64,000 nucleotides of DNA from Escherichia coli (GTDB lineage Bacteria; Pseudomonadota; Gammaproteobacteria; Enterobacterales; Enterobacteriaceae). Position 1 is the first letter of the stretch. Each line of letters begins with the position of its first letter. A program made the position numbers and the translations under genes. Location of the stretch: the NCBI RefSeq assembly GCF_024502345.1, contig NZ_JALDNN010000001.1; one strand, written 5' to 3'. Under the pieces are notes generated by a model. The model was not told the origin of the DNA, did no database searches, and saw only the letters and a list, made by a program, of their open reading frames with translations. This document shows, piece by piece, positions 10,652 to 20,973 of this stretch.

Positions 10652-11674
10652 GTGACCTTCTGGAGTATTTTACGCCAACGCTGCTGGGGGCTGGTGCTCG
10701 TGATGGCGGGGGTCTGTGTGATTACGTTTATTATCTCGCATCTGATCCCCGGCGATCCGGCGCGGTTATTGGCAGGTGACCGCGCCAGCGATGCTATCGT
10801 GGAAAATATTCGCCAGCAACTGGGACTGGACCAGCCACTGTATGTACAGTTTTACCGCTACGTCAGCGACCTGTTTCATGGTGACCTGGGAACATCCATT
10901 CGTACTGGGCGTCCGGTGTTGGAAGAGTTGCGTATATTTTTCCCGGCAACGCTGGAGCTGGCTTTTTGTGCCCTGCTGCTGGCACTCTTGATTGGCATCC
11001 CGCTGGGCATACTCTCTGCAGTCTGGCGAAATCGCTGGCTGGATCATCTGGTGCGAATAATGGCCATTACCGGAATCTCCACACCTGCGTTCTGGCTTGG
11101 GCTGGGCGTCATTGTGCTGTTTTATGGTCATCTGCAAATTCTTCCCGGCGGCGGAAGGCTTGATGACTGGCTGGATCCACCAACGCACGTTACCGGCTTT
11201 TATCTGCTCGATGCGCTGCTTGAAGGTAACGGTGAAGTCTTCTTCAATGCGCTGCAACATCTCATCTTACCGGCATTAACGCTGGCGTTCGTTCACCTGG
11301 GAATTGTCGCTCGCCAGATCCGCTCAGCGATGCTGGAACAATTGAGTGAAGACTACATTCGTACCGCCCGGGCCAGCGGCTTGCCTGGCTGGTATATCGT
11401 TTTATGTTATGCGCTACCCAATGCGTTGATCCCATCGATTACCGTATTAGGTCTGGCGCTGGGCGATTTGTTGTATGGCGCAGTGCTCACCGAAACCGTT
11501 TTTGCCTGGCCCGGAATGGGGGCATGGGTAGTAACATCAATACAGGCGCTCGACTTCCCGGCAGTGATGGGCTTTGCCGTCGTGGTTTCATTTGCTTATG
11601 TGCTGGTCAACCTGGTGGTGGATTTGCTCTATTTGTGGATTGATCCGCGTATCGGACGTCGAGGTGGTGAATGA
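10652..11674 (+). CDS. ddpB: ABC transporter permease
   Basis: 340-aa membrane protein; 1-nt gap after ddpA. Confidence 0.88.
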   Translation: MTFWSILRQRCWGLVLVMAGVCVITFIISHLIPGDPARLLAGDRASDAIVENIRQQLGLDQPLYVQFYRYVSDLFHGDLGTSIRTGRPVLEELRIFFPATLELAFCALLLALLIGIPLGILSAVWRNRWLDHLVRIMAITGISTPAFWLGLGVIVLFYGHLQILPGGGRLDDWLDPPTHVTGFYLLDALLEGNGEVFFNALQHLILPALTLAFVHLGIVARQIRSAMLEQLSEDYIRTARASGLPGWYIVLCYALPNALIPSITVLGLALGDLLYGAVLTETVFAWPGMGAWVVTSIQALDFPAVMGFAVVVSFAYVLVNLVVDLLYLWIDPRIGRRGGE

Positions 11675-12567
11675 TGCTAAGCGAGGAAACGTCCGCCGTA
11701 CGCCCACAAAAACAAACGCGATTTAACGGTGCAAAACTGGTATGGATGCTGAAAGGCAGTCCGCTCACCGTGACCGGCGCAGTCATCATTGTATTAATGC
11801 TACTGATGATGATTTTTTCACCGTGGTTGGCGACGCATGATCCCAACGCCATTGATTTATCCGCCCGCCTTTTGCCGCCTTCTGCGGCGCACTGGTTTGG
11901 CACCGATGAAGTGGGACGCGATCTGTTTAGCCGCGTACTGGTCGGCAGTCAGCAATCAATTCTCGCCGGATTAGTCGTGGTTGCCATTGCGGGTATGATT
12001 GGTTCGCTACTCGGATGTCTATCCGGTGTGCTTGGCGGACGCGCAGACGCCATCATCATGCGCATCATGGACATTATGCTGTCGATTCCTTCGTTGGTAC
12101 TGACAATGGCACTGGCTGCCGCTCTCGGGCCGAGTTTGTTTAACGCCATGCTGGCTATTGCTATTGTGCGAATTCCCTTTTATGTGCGCCTGGCGCGGGG
12201 GCAAGCATTAGTTGTACGCCAGTATACCTATGTTCAGGCGGCGAAAACCTTTGGCGCGTCTCGTTGGCATCTGATCAACTGGCATATTTTACGTAACTCC
12301 CTACCGCCGCTGATCGTGCAGGCATCGCTGGATATCGGTAGCGCGATTTTAATGGCCGCCACGTTGGGATTTATTGGCCTGGGTGCTCAACAACCGAGTG
12401 CTGAATGGGGCGCGATGGTAGCAAATGGTCGCAACTATGTACTCGATCAGTGGTGGTATTGCGCATTTCCGGGGGCAGCGATTTTGCTTACCGCCGTCGG
12501 GTTTAATCTCTTTGGTGATGGTATTCGCGATCTGCTTGACCCGAAATCAGGAGGAAAGCAGTCATGA
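11671..12567 (+). CDS. ddpC: ABC transporter permease
   Basis: 298-aa membrane protein; 4-nt overlap with ddpB. Confidence 0.88.
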   Translation: MMLSEETSAVRPQKQTRFNGAKLVWMLKGSPLTVTGAVIIVLMLLMMIFSPWLATHDPNAIDLSARLLPPSAAHWFGTDEVGRDLFSRVLVGSQQSILAGLVVVAIAGMIGSLLGCLSGVLGGRADAIIMRIMDIMLSIPSLVLTMALAAALGPSLFNAMLAIAIVRIPFYVRLARGQALVVRQYTYVQAAKTFGASRWHLINWHILRNSLPPLIVQASLDIGSAILMAATLGFIGLGAQQPSAEWGAMVANGRNYVLDQWWYCAFPGAAILLTAVGFNLFGDGIRDLLDPKSGGKQS

Positions 12568-13550
12568 CCCAACCCGTTCTGGACATTCAACAGCTGCATT
12601 TGAGTTTCCCCGGTTTTAACGGTGATGTTCACGCGCTCAACAATGTGTCCTTGCAGATTAACCGCAGTGAAATTGTCGGTCTGGTGGGAGAATCCGGCTC
12701 AGGTAAATCAGTCACCGCAATGCTGATTATGCGTCTGCTACCGACGGGCAGTTATTGCGTACATCGGGGGCAGATTTCACTGCTGGGAGAAGATGTTCTT
12801 AACGCTCGGGAAAAACAGCTTCGTCAGTGGCGCGGCGCACGAGTGGCGATGATCTTTCAGGAACCGATGACCGCTCTTAATCCGACACGTCGAATAGGTC
12901 TTCAGATGATGGACGTAATCCGCCATCATCAACCAATAAGTCGTCGGGAAGCCAGAGCTAAAGCGATTGCCCTGCTGGAAGAGATGCAAATCCCGGATGC
13001 CGTGGAAGTTATGTCGCGCTATCCGTTTGAGCTTTCAGGTGGTATGCGCCAGCGGGTTATGATTGCGCTGGCATTTTCCTGCGAGCCGCAATTGATTATT
13101 GCCGACGAACCGACTACGGCGCTGGACGTCACGGTACAGTTGCAGGTACTGCGTTTGCTTAAACATAAAGCCCGCGCCAGTGGAACTGCGGTACTGTTCA
13201 TCAGCCATGATATGGCCGTGGTGTCGCAACTGTGCGATAGCGTTTACGTGATGTATGCCGGAAGCGTAATTGAAAGCGGCGTGACGGCAGACGTTATCCA
13301 TCATCCCCGGCATCCGTATACCATTGGTTTGCTGCAATGCGCACCAGAACATGGAGTACCACGCCAGCCATTACCCGCCATTCCAGGGACGGTACCATAC
13401 CTCACCCATTTGCCTGACGGCTGCGCTTTTCGCGATCGTTGCTATGCGGCAGGTGCACAGTGTGAAAACGTCCCGGCGCTGACAGCGTGTGGTGACAACA
13501 ACCAGCGCTGCGCCTGTTGGTATCCGCAGCAGGAGGTCATAAGTGTCTGA
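12564..13550 (+). CDS. ddpD: ABC transporter ATP-binding protein
   Basis: Walker A (GESGSGKS), signature (LSGGMRQR) and Walker B motifs; 4-nt overlap with ddpC. Confidence 0.9.
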   Translation: MTQPVLDIQQLHLSFPGFNGDVHALNNVSLQINRSEIVGLVGESGSGKSVTAMLIMRLLPTGSYCVHRGQISLLGEDVLNAREKQLRQWRGARVAMIFQEPMTALNPTRRIGLQMMDVIRHHQPISRREARAKAIALLEEMQIPDAVEVMSRYPFELSGGMRQRVMIALAFSCEPQLIIADEPTTALDVTVQLQVLRLLKHKARASGTAVLFISHDMAVVSQLCDSVYVMYAGSVIESGVTADVIHHPRHPYTIGLLQCAPEHGVPRQPLPAIPGTVPYLTHLPDGCAFRDRCYAAGAQCENVPALTACGDNNQRCACWYPQQEVISV

Positions 13551-14469
13551 CACGTTATTAACGTTACGCGACGTCCATATCAATTTCCCGGCCCGTAAAA
13601 ACTGGCTTGGTAAAACTACGGAACATGTTCATGCCATTAATGGTATTGATTTACAGATCCGCCGTGGTGAAACCTTAGGGATCGTCGGCGAGTCAGGCTG
13701 CGGCAAAAGCACCCTCGCACAGCTTTTAATGGGCATGCTGCAACCGAGCCACGGGCAGTACATCCGTTCAGGCTCACAACGCATTATGCAGATGGTGTTT
13801 CAGGACCCGCTCTCTTCGCTTAATCCGCGCTTACCGGTGTGGCGCATCATCACAGAACCGCTCTGGATAGCTAAGCGTAGTAGTGAACAACAGCGGCGAG
13901 CGTTGGCAGAGGAGCTGGCTGTGCAGGTGGGTATTCGTCCGGAGTATCTCGACCGCCTGCCTCATGCGTTCTCCGGCGGGCAGCGGCAACGCATCGCCAT
14001 TGCCAGAGCACTCTCTTCGCAGCCTGACGTGATTGTGCTTGATGAGCCAACCTCGGCGCTGGATATCTCCGTGCAGGCGCAGATCCTCAATTTACTGGTA
14101 ACGCTACAGGAAAATCACGGGCTGACTTATGTGCTGATTTCACACAATGTCTCGGTGATACGTCATATGAGCGATCGGGTGGCGGTGATGTATCTCGGGC
14201 AGATTGTAGAACTGGGCGACGCGCAACAGGTGCTAACGGCTCCGGCACATCCATACACCCGATTATTGCTGGATTCCCTCCCCGCCATTGATAAACCGCT
14301 GGAGGAAGAATGGGCATTACGTAAAACGGAACTGCCAGGAAACCGCACGTTGCCGCAAGGCTGTTTTTTCTACGAACGTTGCCCTCTGGCAACCCACGGA
14401 TGTGAAGTCCGGCAATCATTAACAATAAGGGAGAACGGACGTGAGATCCGGTGCTGGCGGGCGCTGTAG
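13543..14469 (+). CDS. ddpF: ABC transporter ATP-binding protein
   Basis: Walker A (GESGCGKS) and signature (FSGGQRQR) motifs; 8-nt overlap with ddpD. Confidence 0.9.
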   Translation: MSDTLLTLRDVHINFPARKNWLGKTTEHVHAINGIDLQIRRGETLGIVGESGCGKSTLAQLLMGMLQPSHGQYIRSGSQRIMQMVFQDPLSSLNPRLPVWRIITEPLWIAKRSSEQQRRALAEELAVQVGIRPEYLDRLPHAFSGGQRQRIAIARALSSQPDVIVLDEPTSALDISVQAQILNLLVTLQENHGLTYVLISHNVSVIRHMSDRVAVMYLGQIVELGDAQQVLTAPAHPYTRLLLDSLPAIDKPLEEEWALRKTELPGNRTLPQGCFFYERCPLATHGCEVRQSLTIRENGREIRCWRAL

Positions 14470-14482
14470 AGATGCTAACAAC

Positions 14483-14515
14483 GCATCAGGCATTCACGCG
14501 CCTGACGCGTCATCC
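14483..14515. repeat. REP-like palindromic element between convergent ddpF and osmC
   Basis: Contains cgcatcaggc...gcctgacgcg...catccggca motifs typical of E. coli REP units. Confidence 0.45.
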
Positions 14516-14524
14516 GGCAATGCT

Positions 14525-14956
14525 TTACGATTTCAACTGGTAATCAAGCGTAATTTCCGCTTTCAGTACCTGAGAAACCGGGCATCCTGCTTTTGCTTTC
14601 TGGATGATGCCGTCAAAGGTAGAGGCATCAATACCCGGCACCGCAACTTCACTCTTCAGTGCGATTTTCGTAATCGCAAAACCGGCATCCACTTTATCCA
14701 GCGACACATCGGCGGTGGTATCAATCGATGTTGGCGTAAATCCCGCTTCCCCCAGCATTAATGAAAGCGCCATTGAGAAACATGCGGCATGCGCTGCGCC
14801 AATCAGTTCTTCAGGGTTAGTTCCTTTTTCGCCTTCAAAACGCGTGTTAAATCCATACGGCTGTTGGTTCAGCACGCCACTCTCGGTGGATACTGTTCCC
14901 TTCCCGCGTTTGATATCGCCTTCCCAGTGTGCCTGACCTTTCTTATGGATTGTCAT
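14525..14956 (-). CDS. osmC: Osmotically inducible peroxiredoxin (OsmC/Ohr family)
   Basis: 143-aa ORF MTIHKKGQAHWEGDIKRGKG...; position next to bdm and sra. Confidence 0.92.
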   Translation of the reverse strand: MTIHKKGQAHWEGDIKRGKGTVSTESGVLNQQPYGFNTRFEGEKGTNPEELIGAAHAACFSMALSLMLGEAGFTPTSIDTTADVSLDKVDAGFAITKIALKSEVAVPGIDASTFDGIIQKAKAGCPVSQVLKAEITLDYQLKS

Positions 14957-15067
14957 TGTTGCTCTCCTGTGGGCTTAAAAAGGAAATTATAGACTACGTG
15001 AGAAACAGCACGAGGATAAGCAGGATATTCCGAATAAAAATCCGGCAGAAATATTACTTCTGTACTT

Positions 15068-15104
15068 AAATTAAATTCCCACAATAAATTAAATTCCCAC
15101 AATA
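15068..15104. repeat. Tandem direct repeat (two 18-19 bp units) in the osmC upstream region
   Basis: aaattaaattcccacaata occurs twice back to back, about 110-150 bp upstream of the osmC start. Confidence 0.6.
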
Positions 15105-15319
15105 GATTACCGGGAATATATAACCCAAAAGATATTGTATCAATATTAATCGGATCATACCAATCACAATCCCTATGAATATCATGGAGTTAAAATATAA
15201 AAATCATCAACCAGGACTAATCTTAACAACGAAGCGGCAAATATTTGCCATGCTGAATGTGCTTTATAAATCTGCGATCCGTAGCAGACACCATAAATAC
15301 ACAGACACGGAGAATCACT

Positions 15320-15535
15320 ATGTTTACTTATTATCAGGCAGAAAATTCAACAGCAGAACCCGCTCTGGTTAATGCCATTGAGCAAGGCCTTCGGGCACAG
15401 CACGGTGTTGTCACTGAAGATGACATTCTCATGGAGCTGACCAAATGGGTGGAAGCTTCTGATAACGACATCCTCAGTGATATCTACCAGCAAACGATCA
15501 ATTATGTGGTCAGTGGCCAGCACCCTACGCTTTAA
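15320..15535 (+). CDS. bdm: Biofilm-dependent modulation protein
   Basis: 71-aa ORF MFTYYQAENSTAEPALVNAIEQGL... taken from the internal ATG of the track ORF. Confidence 0.88.
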   Translation: MFTYYQAENSTAEPALVNAIEQGLRAQHGVVTEDDILMELTKWVEASDNDILSDIYQQTINYVVSGQHPTL

Positions 15536-15636
15536 GGTGCTATGCTTGATCGGCAACCTAATTTAGGGGTTTAGCACGTGTTTCTTCGCTACGGCGATGT
15601 TGTCCTTAAAACTAGCTACAGGATTGAGGAGTTAAA

Positions 15637-15774
15637 ATGAAATCGAACCGTCAGGCACGTCATATTCTTGGACTGGACCATAAAATTTCTAACCAGCGCA
15701 AAATAGTTACCGAAGGTGACAAATCCAGCGTAGTAAATAACCCAACCGGCAGAAAACGCCCCGCTGAAAAGTAA
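15637..15774 (+). CDS. sra: Stationary-phase ribosome-associated protein (protein D)
   Basis: 45-aa [48 protein letters not shown] with an SD (ggag) upstream; too short for the track. Confidence 0.85.
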
Positions 15775-15804
15775 TTCATAACCATCAGTCCTCAATGACG
15801 ATTA

Positions 15805-15839
15805 AACACCATTGCCTGCGCAATGGTGTTTTTGTTTTT
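15805..15839 (+). terminator. Rho-independent terminator after sra
   Basis: Stem aacaccattg/caatggtgtt followed by a long T-run. Confidence 0.75.
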
Positions 15840-15930
15840 ATCTGCTTTATACTTGGGGCCGACGCCCTGGCGGTAAAGCAAAGACGATAAAAGCCCCCCA
15901 GGGATGGATATTCAAAAAAGAGTGAGTGAC

Positions 15931-17628
15931 ATGGAACCAAAAACAAAAAAACAGCGTTCGCTTTATATCCCTTACGCTGGCCCTGTACTGCTGGAATTTC
16001 CGTTGTTGAATAAAGGCAGTGCCTTCAGCATGGAAGAACGCCGTAACTTCAACCTGCTGGGGTTACTGCCGGAAGTGGTCGAAACCATCGAAGAACAAGC
16101 GGAACGAGCATGGATCCAGTATCAGGGATTCAAAACCGAAATCGACAAACACATCTACCTGCGTAACATCCAGGACACTAACGAAACCCTCTTCTACCGT
16201 CTGGTAAACAATCATCTTGATGAGATGATGCCTGTTATTTATACCCCAACCGTCGGCGCAGCCTGTGAGCGTTTTTCTGAGATCTACCGCCGTTCACGCG
16301 GCGTGTTTATCTCTTACCAGAACCGGCACAATATGGACGATATTCTGCAAAACGTGCCGAACCATAATATTAAAGTGATTGTGGTGACTGACGGTGAACG
16401 TATTCTGGGGCTTGGTGACCAGGGCATCGGTGGGATGGGCATTCCAATCGGTAAACTGTCGCTCTATACCGCCTGTGGCGGCATCAGCCCGGCGTATACC
16501 CTTCCGGTGGTGCTGGATGTCGGGACCAACAACCAGCAGCTGCTTAACGATCCGCTGTATATGGGCTGGCGTAATCCACGTATCACTGACGATGAATACT
16601 ATGAATTCGTTGATGAATTTATCCAGGCTGTGAAACAACGCTGGCCGGACGTGCTGTTGCAGTTTGAAGACTTTGCTCAAAAAAATGCGATGCCGTTACT
16701 TAACCGCTATCGCAATGAAATTTGTTCTTTTAACGATGACATTCAGGGCACTGCGGCGGTAACAGTCGGCACACTGATCGCAGCCAGCCGCGCGGCAGGT
16801 GGTCAGTTAAGCGAGAAAAAAATCGTCTTCCTTGGCGCAGGTTCAGCGGGATGCGGCATTGCCGAAATGATCATCGCCCAGACCCAGCGCGAAGGATTAA
16901 GCGAGGAAGCAGCGCGGCAGAAAGTCTTTATGGTCGATCGCTTTGGCTTGCTGACTGACAAGATGCCGAACCTGCTGCCTTTCCAGACCAAACTGGTGCA
17001 GAAACGCGAAAACCTCAGTGACTGGGATACCGACAGCGATGTGCTGTCACTGCTGGATGTGGTGCGCAATGTAAAACCAGATATTCTGATTGGCGTCTCA
17101 GGACAGACCGGGCTGTTTACGGAAGAGATCATCCGTGAGATGCATAAACACTGTCCGCGTCCGATCGTGATGCCGCTGTCTAACCCGACGTCACGCGTGG
17201 AAGCCACACCGCAGGACATTATCGCCTGGACCGAAGGTAACGCGCTGGTCGCCACTGGCAGCCCGTTTAATCCAGTGGTATGGAAAGATAAAATCTACCC
17301 TATCGCCCAGTGTAACAACGCCTTTATTTTCCCTGGCATCGGGCTGGGTGTTATTGCTTCCGGCGCGTCACGTATCACCGATGAGATGCTGATGTCAGCA
17401 AGTGAAACGCTTGCTCAGTATTCGCCGCTGGTGCTGAACGGCGAAGGTCTGGTACTACCGGAACTGAAAGATATTCAGAAAGTCTCCCGCGCAATTGCGT
17501 TTGCGGTTGGCAAAATGGCGCAGCAGCAAGGCGTGGCGGTGAAAACGTCTGCTGAAGCTTTGCAACAAGCCATTGACGATAATTTCTGGCAAGCCGAATA
17601 CCGCGACTACCGCCGTACCTCCATCTAA
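15931..17628 (+). CDS. maeA: NAD-dependent malic enzyme
   Basis: Start at [23 protein letters not shown] (565 aa); malic-enzyme and Rossmann motifs ([14 protein letters not shown]). Confidence 0.93.
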   Translation: MEPKTKKQRSLYIPYAGPVLLEFPLLNKGSAFSMEERRNFNLLGLLPEVVETIEEQAERAWIQYQGFKTEIDKHIYLRNIQDTNETLFYRLVNNHLDEMMPVIYTPTVGAACERFSEIYRRSRGVFISYQNRHNMDDILQNVPNHNIKVIVVTDGERILGLGDQGIGGMGIPIGKLSLYTACGGISPAYTLPVVLDVGTNNQQLLNDPLYMGWRNPRITDDEYYEFVDEFIQAVKQRWPDVLLQFEDFAQKNAMPLLNRYRNEICSFNDDIQGTAAVTVGTLIAASRAAGGQLSEKKIVFLGAGSAGCGIAEMIIAQTQREGLSEEAARQKVFMVDRFGLLTDKMPNLLPFQTKLVQKRENLSDWDTDSDVLSLLDVVRNVKPDILIGVSGQTGLFTEEIIREMHKHCPRPIVMPLSNPTSRVEATPQDIIAWTEGNALVATGSPFNPVVWKDKIYPIAQCNNAFIFPGIGLGVIASGASRITDEMLMSASETLAQYSPLVLNGEGLVLPELKDIQKVSRAIAFAVGKMAQQQGVAVKTSAEALQQAIDDNFWQAEYRDYRRTSI

Positions 17629-17761
17629 GCCTGCGCCCGGTAGTGAAGGCTACCGGGCTATTTCCCTCTCCCTTTTTCAGATCTCATCCATACTGGGTAG
17701 TGGCGAATAAATCTCATTTGCCTCACCTGCTATGCAGAACATCATCCGAAAAGGAGGAACT

Positions 17762-18772
17762 ATGAAGGCTGCAGTTGTTACGAAGGATCATCATGTTGAC
17801 GTTACGGATAAAACACTGCGCTCACTGAAACATGGCGAAGCCCTGCTGAAAATGGAGTGTTGTGGTGTATGTCATACCGATCTTCATGTTAAGAATGGCG
17901 ATTTTGGTGACAAAACCGGCGTAATTCTGGGCCATGAAGGCATCGGTGTGGTGGCAGAAGTTGGCCCAGGTGTCACCTCATTAAAACCAGGCGATCGTGC
18001 CAGCGTGGCGTGGTTTTACGAAGGATGCGGTCATTGCGAATACTGTAACAGTGGTAACGAAACGCTCTGCCGTTCAGTTAAAAATGCCGGATACAGCGTT
18101 GATGGCGGGATGGCGGAAGAGTGCATCGTGGTCGCCGATTACGCGGTAAAAGTGCCAGATGGTCTGGACTCAGCGGCGGCCAGCAGCATTACCTGTGCGG
18201 GCGTCACCACCTACAAAGCCGTTAAACTGTCAAAAATTCGTCCCGGTCAGTGGATTGCTATCTACGGTCTTGGCGGTCTGGGTAACCTCGCCCTGCAATA
18301 CGCGAAGAATGTCTTTAACGCGAAAGTGATCGCCATTGATGTCAATGATGAGCAGTTAAAACTGGCAACCGAAATGGGTGCAGATTTAGCGATTAACTCA
18401 CGCACCGAAGACGCCGCCAAAATTGTGCAGGAGAAAACCGGTGGCGCTCACGCTGCGGTGGTAACAGCAGTTGCTAAAGCTGCGTTTAACTCGGCAGTTG
18501 ATGCTGTCCGTGCAGGCGGTCGTGTTGTGGCTGTCGGTCTGCCGCCGGAGTCTATGAGCCTGGATATCCCACGTCTTGTGCTGGATGGTATTGAAGTGGT
18601 CGGTTCGCTGGTCGGCACGCGCCAGGATTTAACTGAAGCCTTCCAGTTTGCCGCCGAAGGCAAAGTGGTGCCGAAAGTCGCCCTGCGTCCGTTAGCGGAC
18701 ATCAACACCATCTTTACCGAGATGGAAGAAGGCAAAATCCGTGGCCGTATGGTGATTGATTTCCGCCGCTAA
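17762..18772 (+). CDS. adhP: Zn-dependent alcohol dehydrogenase, propanol-preferring
   Basis: 336-aa [14 protein letters not shown]... with the zinc-ADH GHEGIG motif and the catalytic and structural Zn cysteines. Confidence 0.93.
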   Translation: MKAAVVTKDHHVDVTDKTLRSLKHGEALLKMECCGVCHTDLHVKNGDFGDKTGVILGHEGIGVVAEVGPGVTSLKPGDRASVAWFYEGCGHCEYCNSGNETLCRSVKNAGYSVDGGMAEECIVVADYAVKVPDGLDSAAASSITCAGVTTYKAVKLSKIRPGQWIAIYGLGGLGNLALQYAKNVFNAKVIAIDVNDEQLKLATEMGADLAINSRTEDAAKIVQEKTGGAHAAVVTAVAKAAFNSAVDAVRAGGRVVAVGLPPESMSLDIPRLVLDGIEVVGSLVGTRQDLTEAFQFAAEGKVVPKVALRPLADINTIFTEMEEGKIRGRMVIDFRR

Positions 18773-18917
18773 GAGGCCTTTGCTGCGACTGCCATGTTCG
18801 GGTCGCAGCATCGCACACTCTCCAACATGAAATGGCTAAATGGATTATTGTTGCGTAGGAAGGAACAATAATGATAGTGTTCCCAGAGAAGGAACGCTAC
18901 TGAGAGTAAAGACACTA

Positions 18918-19202
18918 ATGAAAATGGCCAATCATCCCCGCCCGGGGGACATTATTCAGGAATCACTGGACGAACTTAATGTCAGCCTGCGCGAGTTTGC
19001 CAGAGCAATGGAAATTGCTCCCTCAACGGCAAGCCGATTGCTGACAGGAAAAGCAGCTTTGACGCCAGAAATGGCAATTAAACTTTCCGTGGTGATCGGC
19101 AGTTCGCCGCAAATGTGGCTGAATCTGCAAAACGCCTGGAGTCTGGCAGAGGCAGAAAAAACGGTGGATGTGTCGCGATTACGCCGTCTGGTTACGCAAT
19201 AA
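18918..19202 (+). CDS. yddM: HigA-like XRE-family HTH protein (orphan antitoxin-like)
   Basis: 94-aa [45 protein letters not shown]... with an HTH motif. Confidence 0.8.
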
Positions 19203-19253
19203 AAAAATGGCACCTTATAAAGCGCCATTTGAAACTGATGACAAATGCAACAT

Positions 19254-19370
19254 TGCCCGATGCGCTACGCTTATCAGGCCTACACGTTCACTGCAATCTA
19301 TTGGATTTGAACGGTTTGTAGGCCGGATAAGGCGTTCACGCCGCATCCGGCATGAACAAAGCCTACGTTG
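19254..19370. repeat. BIME/REP cluster between yddM and fdnI
   Basis: Two inverted REP units (tgcccgatgcgctacgcttatcaggcctaca and gtaggccggataaggcgttcacgccgcatccggca). Confidence 0.75.
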
Positions 19371-19430
19371 TCTACAATATGAAAATGACGCCTTTTACAG
19401 CGCCATTTTCAGCTTAAAGTTCAAAAGAGA

Positions 19431-20084
19431 TTATATCCCTTCTTCACTCTCTTTTTTCGCTTCTGCCTTCTCGATTTCACGATACCAGCGCGGATGGTGT
19501 TTCTTCGCCCAGCGACGGCTCACCTTCCCTTCGATCATCCCTTTAATCGATCCTTTCACCCAGAATGCCATATACATATGGATCAGGATGGCGTGGATCA
19601 GGATGATACCCGCAGCCGCGTGGATCAGCAGGCTATAACGGACAACCTGCATCGGGAAGTACTGCGCAAAGTACGGACGCCAGATAATCACCCCGGTCAC
19701 CAGCAGCACGAAAATCATGCTCATGATCGACCAGAACATCATCTTTTGCCCGGCGTTGTACTTACCGACATCCGCCACTTTGTGCTCATTGCCTTTCAAT
19801 ACTTCGACAATGTTCAACAGCCACGGAATATCTTTCTTATCCGGGATGTTGTGATGCACAAAACGCACAAACATAAACATCAGCGCGACGAAAATCGCAA
19901 TGCCGAAGAACGGGTGCAAAATGCGTCCCATCTGCGGCGTACCGAAGGTTTGCGTCAGCCATTGCAGCGTCGGGAAGAAGAACGAAATCCCGGACAGCGC
20001 CACCAGGAAGAAGCAAATCACCACGGTCCAGTGACAGGCGCGATCAATAAATTTGGTGCGCACAATCATTTTCGACTTACTCAT
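19431..20084 (-). CDS. fdnI: Formate dehydrogenase-N gamma subunit (cytochrome b556)
   Basis: Start at [22 protein letters not shown] (217 aa); polytopic haem-binding membrane subunit. Confidence 0.92.
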
Positions 20085-20961
20085 GATGATCCTCCTCGTC
20101 ATCGTCCACTTCCTTATTCGGGCCAATACCGATGTAGTGGAAAATCAACCCGGCAAAAGTGGCAATAAAGCCAGCCGCTGCCAGCGGTTTCAACGCGCCT
20201 TTCCACAGGCTTACCGAGGTGTCGATCTTCGGATCTTTCGGCAGACCGTGATACAGCTCCGGCTGATCGGCGTGATGCAGCACGTACATAACGTGCGTAC
20301 CACCGACCCCTTCCGGGTTGTAGACGCCAGCATGTTCGTAACCACGCGCTTTCAGTTTCGCCACGCGCTGTTCCGCCAGCTCCAGCATCTCCTTCTTGGT
20401 GCCGAAGTGGATAGCCCCGGTCGGACAGGTTTTCACACAAGCCGGTTCCTGGCCGACGCTGACGCGATCGACGCAGAGCGTGCATTTATATACCCGGTTA
20501 TCCTCTTTGTTGAGGCGCGGAATATTAAACGGACACCCGGCAATGCAGTAACCACAGCCGATGCAGTTTTCCGACTGGAAATCGACAATACCGTTAGCGT
20601 ACTGAATGATTGCACCAGCAGACGGGCACGCCTTCAGGCAGCCGGGATCTTCACAGTGCATACAGCCGTCTTTACGGATCAGCCACTCCAGCTTGCCGTT
20701 CTGTTCGGTTTCGCTAAAGCGCATCACCGTCCAGGACTTGGCGCTCAGATCGGCGGGGTTATCGTAAACCCCGACGCAGTGCCCCACTTCATCACGGATG
20801 TCGTTCCACTCCGAACACGCCACCTGACAGGCTTTACAGCCGATACAGGTGGAAACGTCGATAAGTTTTGCGACTTCTGCTTTGTAATCACGCACCTGAG
20901 AAGGCGGCGTGATGGAGTTAGTTGCGGACCTTTTGATAATGTCCTGCGTTTCCATAGCCAT
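20077..20961 (-). CDS. fdnH: Formate dehydrogenase-N beta subunit (4x[4Fe-4S])
   Basis: 294-aa ORF with several CxxCxxCxxxCP ferredoxin motifs and a C-terminal transmembrane anchor. Confidence 0.93.
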   Translation of the reverse strand: MAMETQDIIKRSATNSITPPSQVRDYKAEVAKLIDVSTCIGCKACQVACSEWNDIRDEVGHCVGVYDNPADLSAKSWTVMRFSETEQNGKLEWLIRKDGCMHCEDPGCLKACPSAGAIIQYANGIVDFQSENCIGCGYCIAGCPFNIPRLNKEDNRVYKCTLCVDRVSVGQEPACVKTCPTGAIHFGTKKEMLELAEQRVAKLKARGYEHAGVYNPEGVGGTHVMYVLHHADQPELYHGLPKDPKIDTSVSLWKGALKPLAAAGFIATFAGLIFHYIGIGPNKEVDDDEEDHHE

Positions 20962-20973
20962 CTGTTCGCCCCC

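Noticed and set aside
19494-20168. 224-aa plus-strand ORF overlapping fdnI
   Set aside because: Antisense to fdnI; His/Arg/Gln-rich low-complexity translation typical of a non-coding frame.
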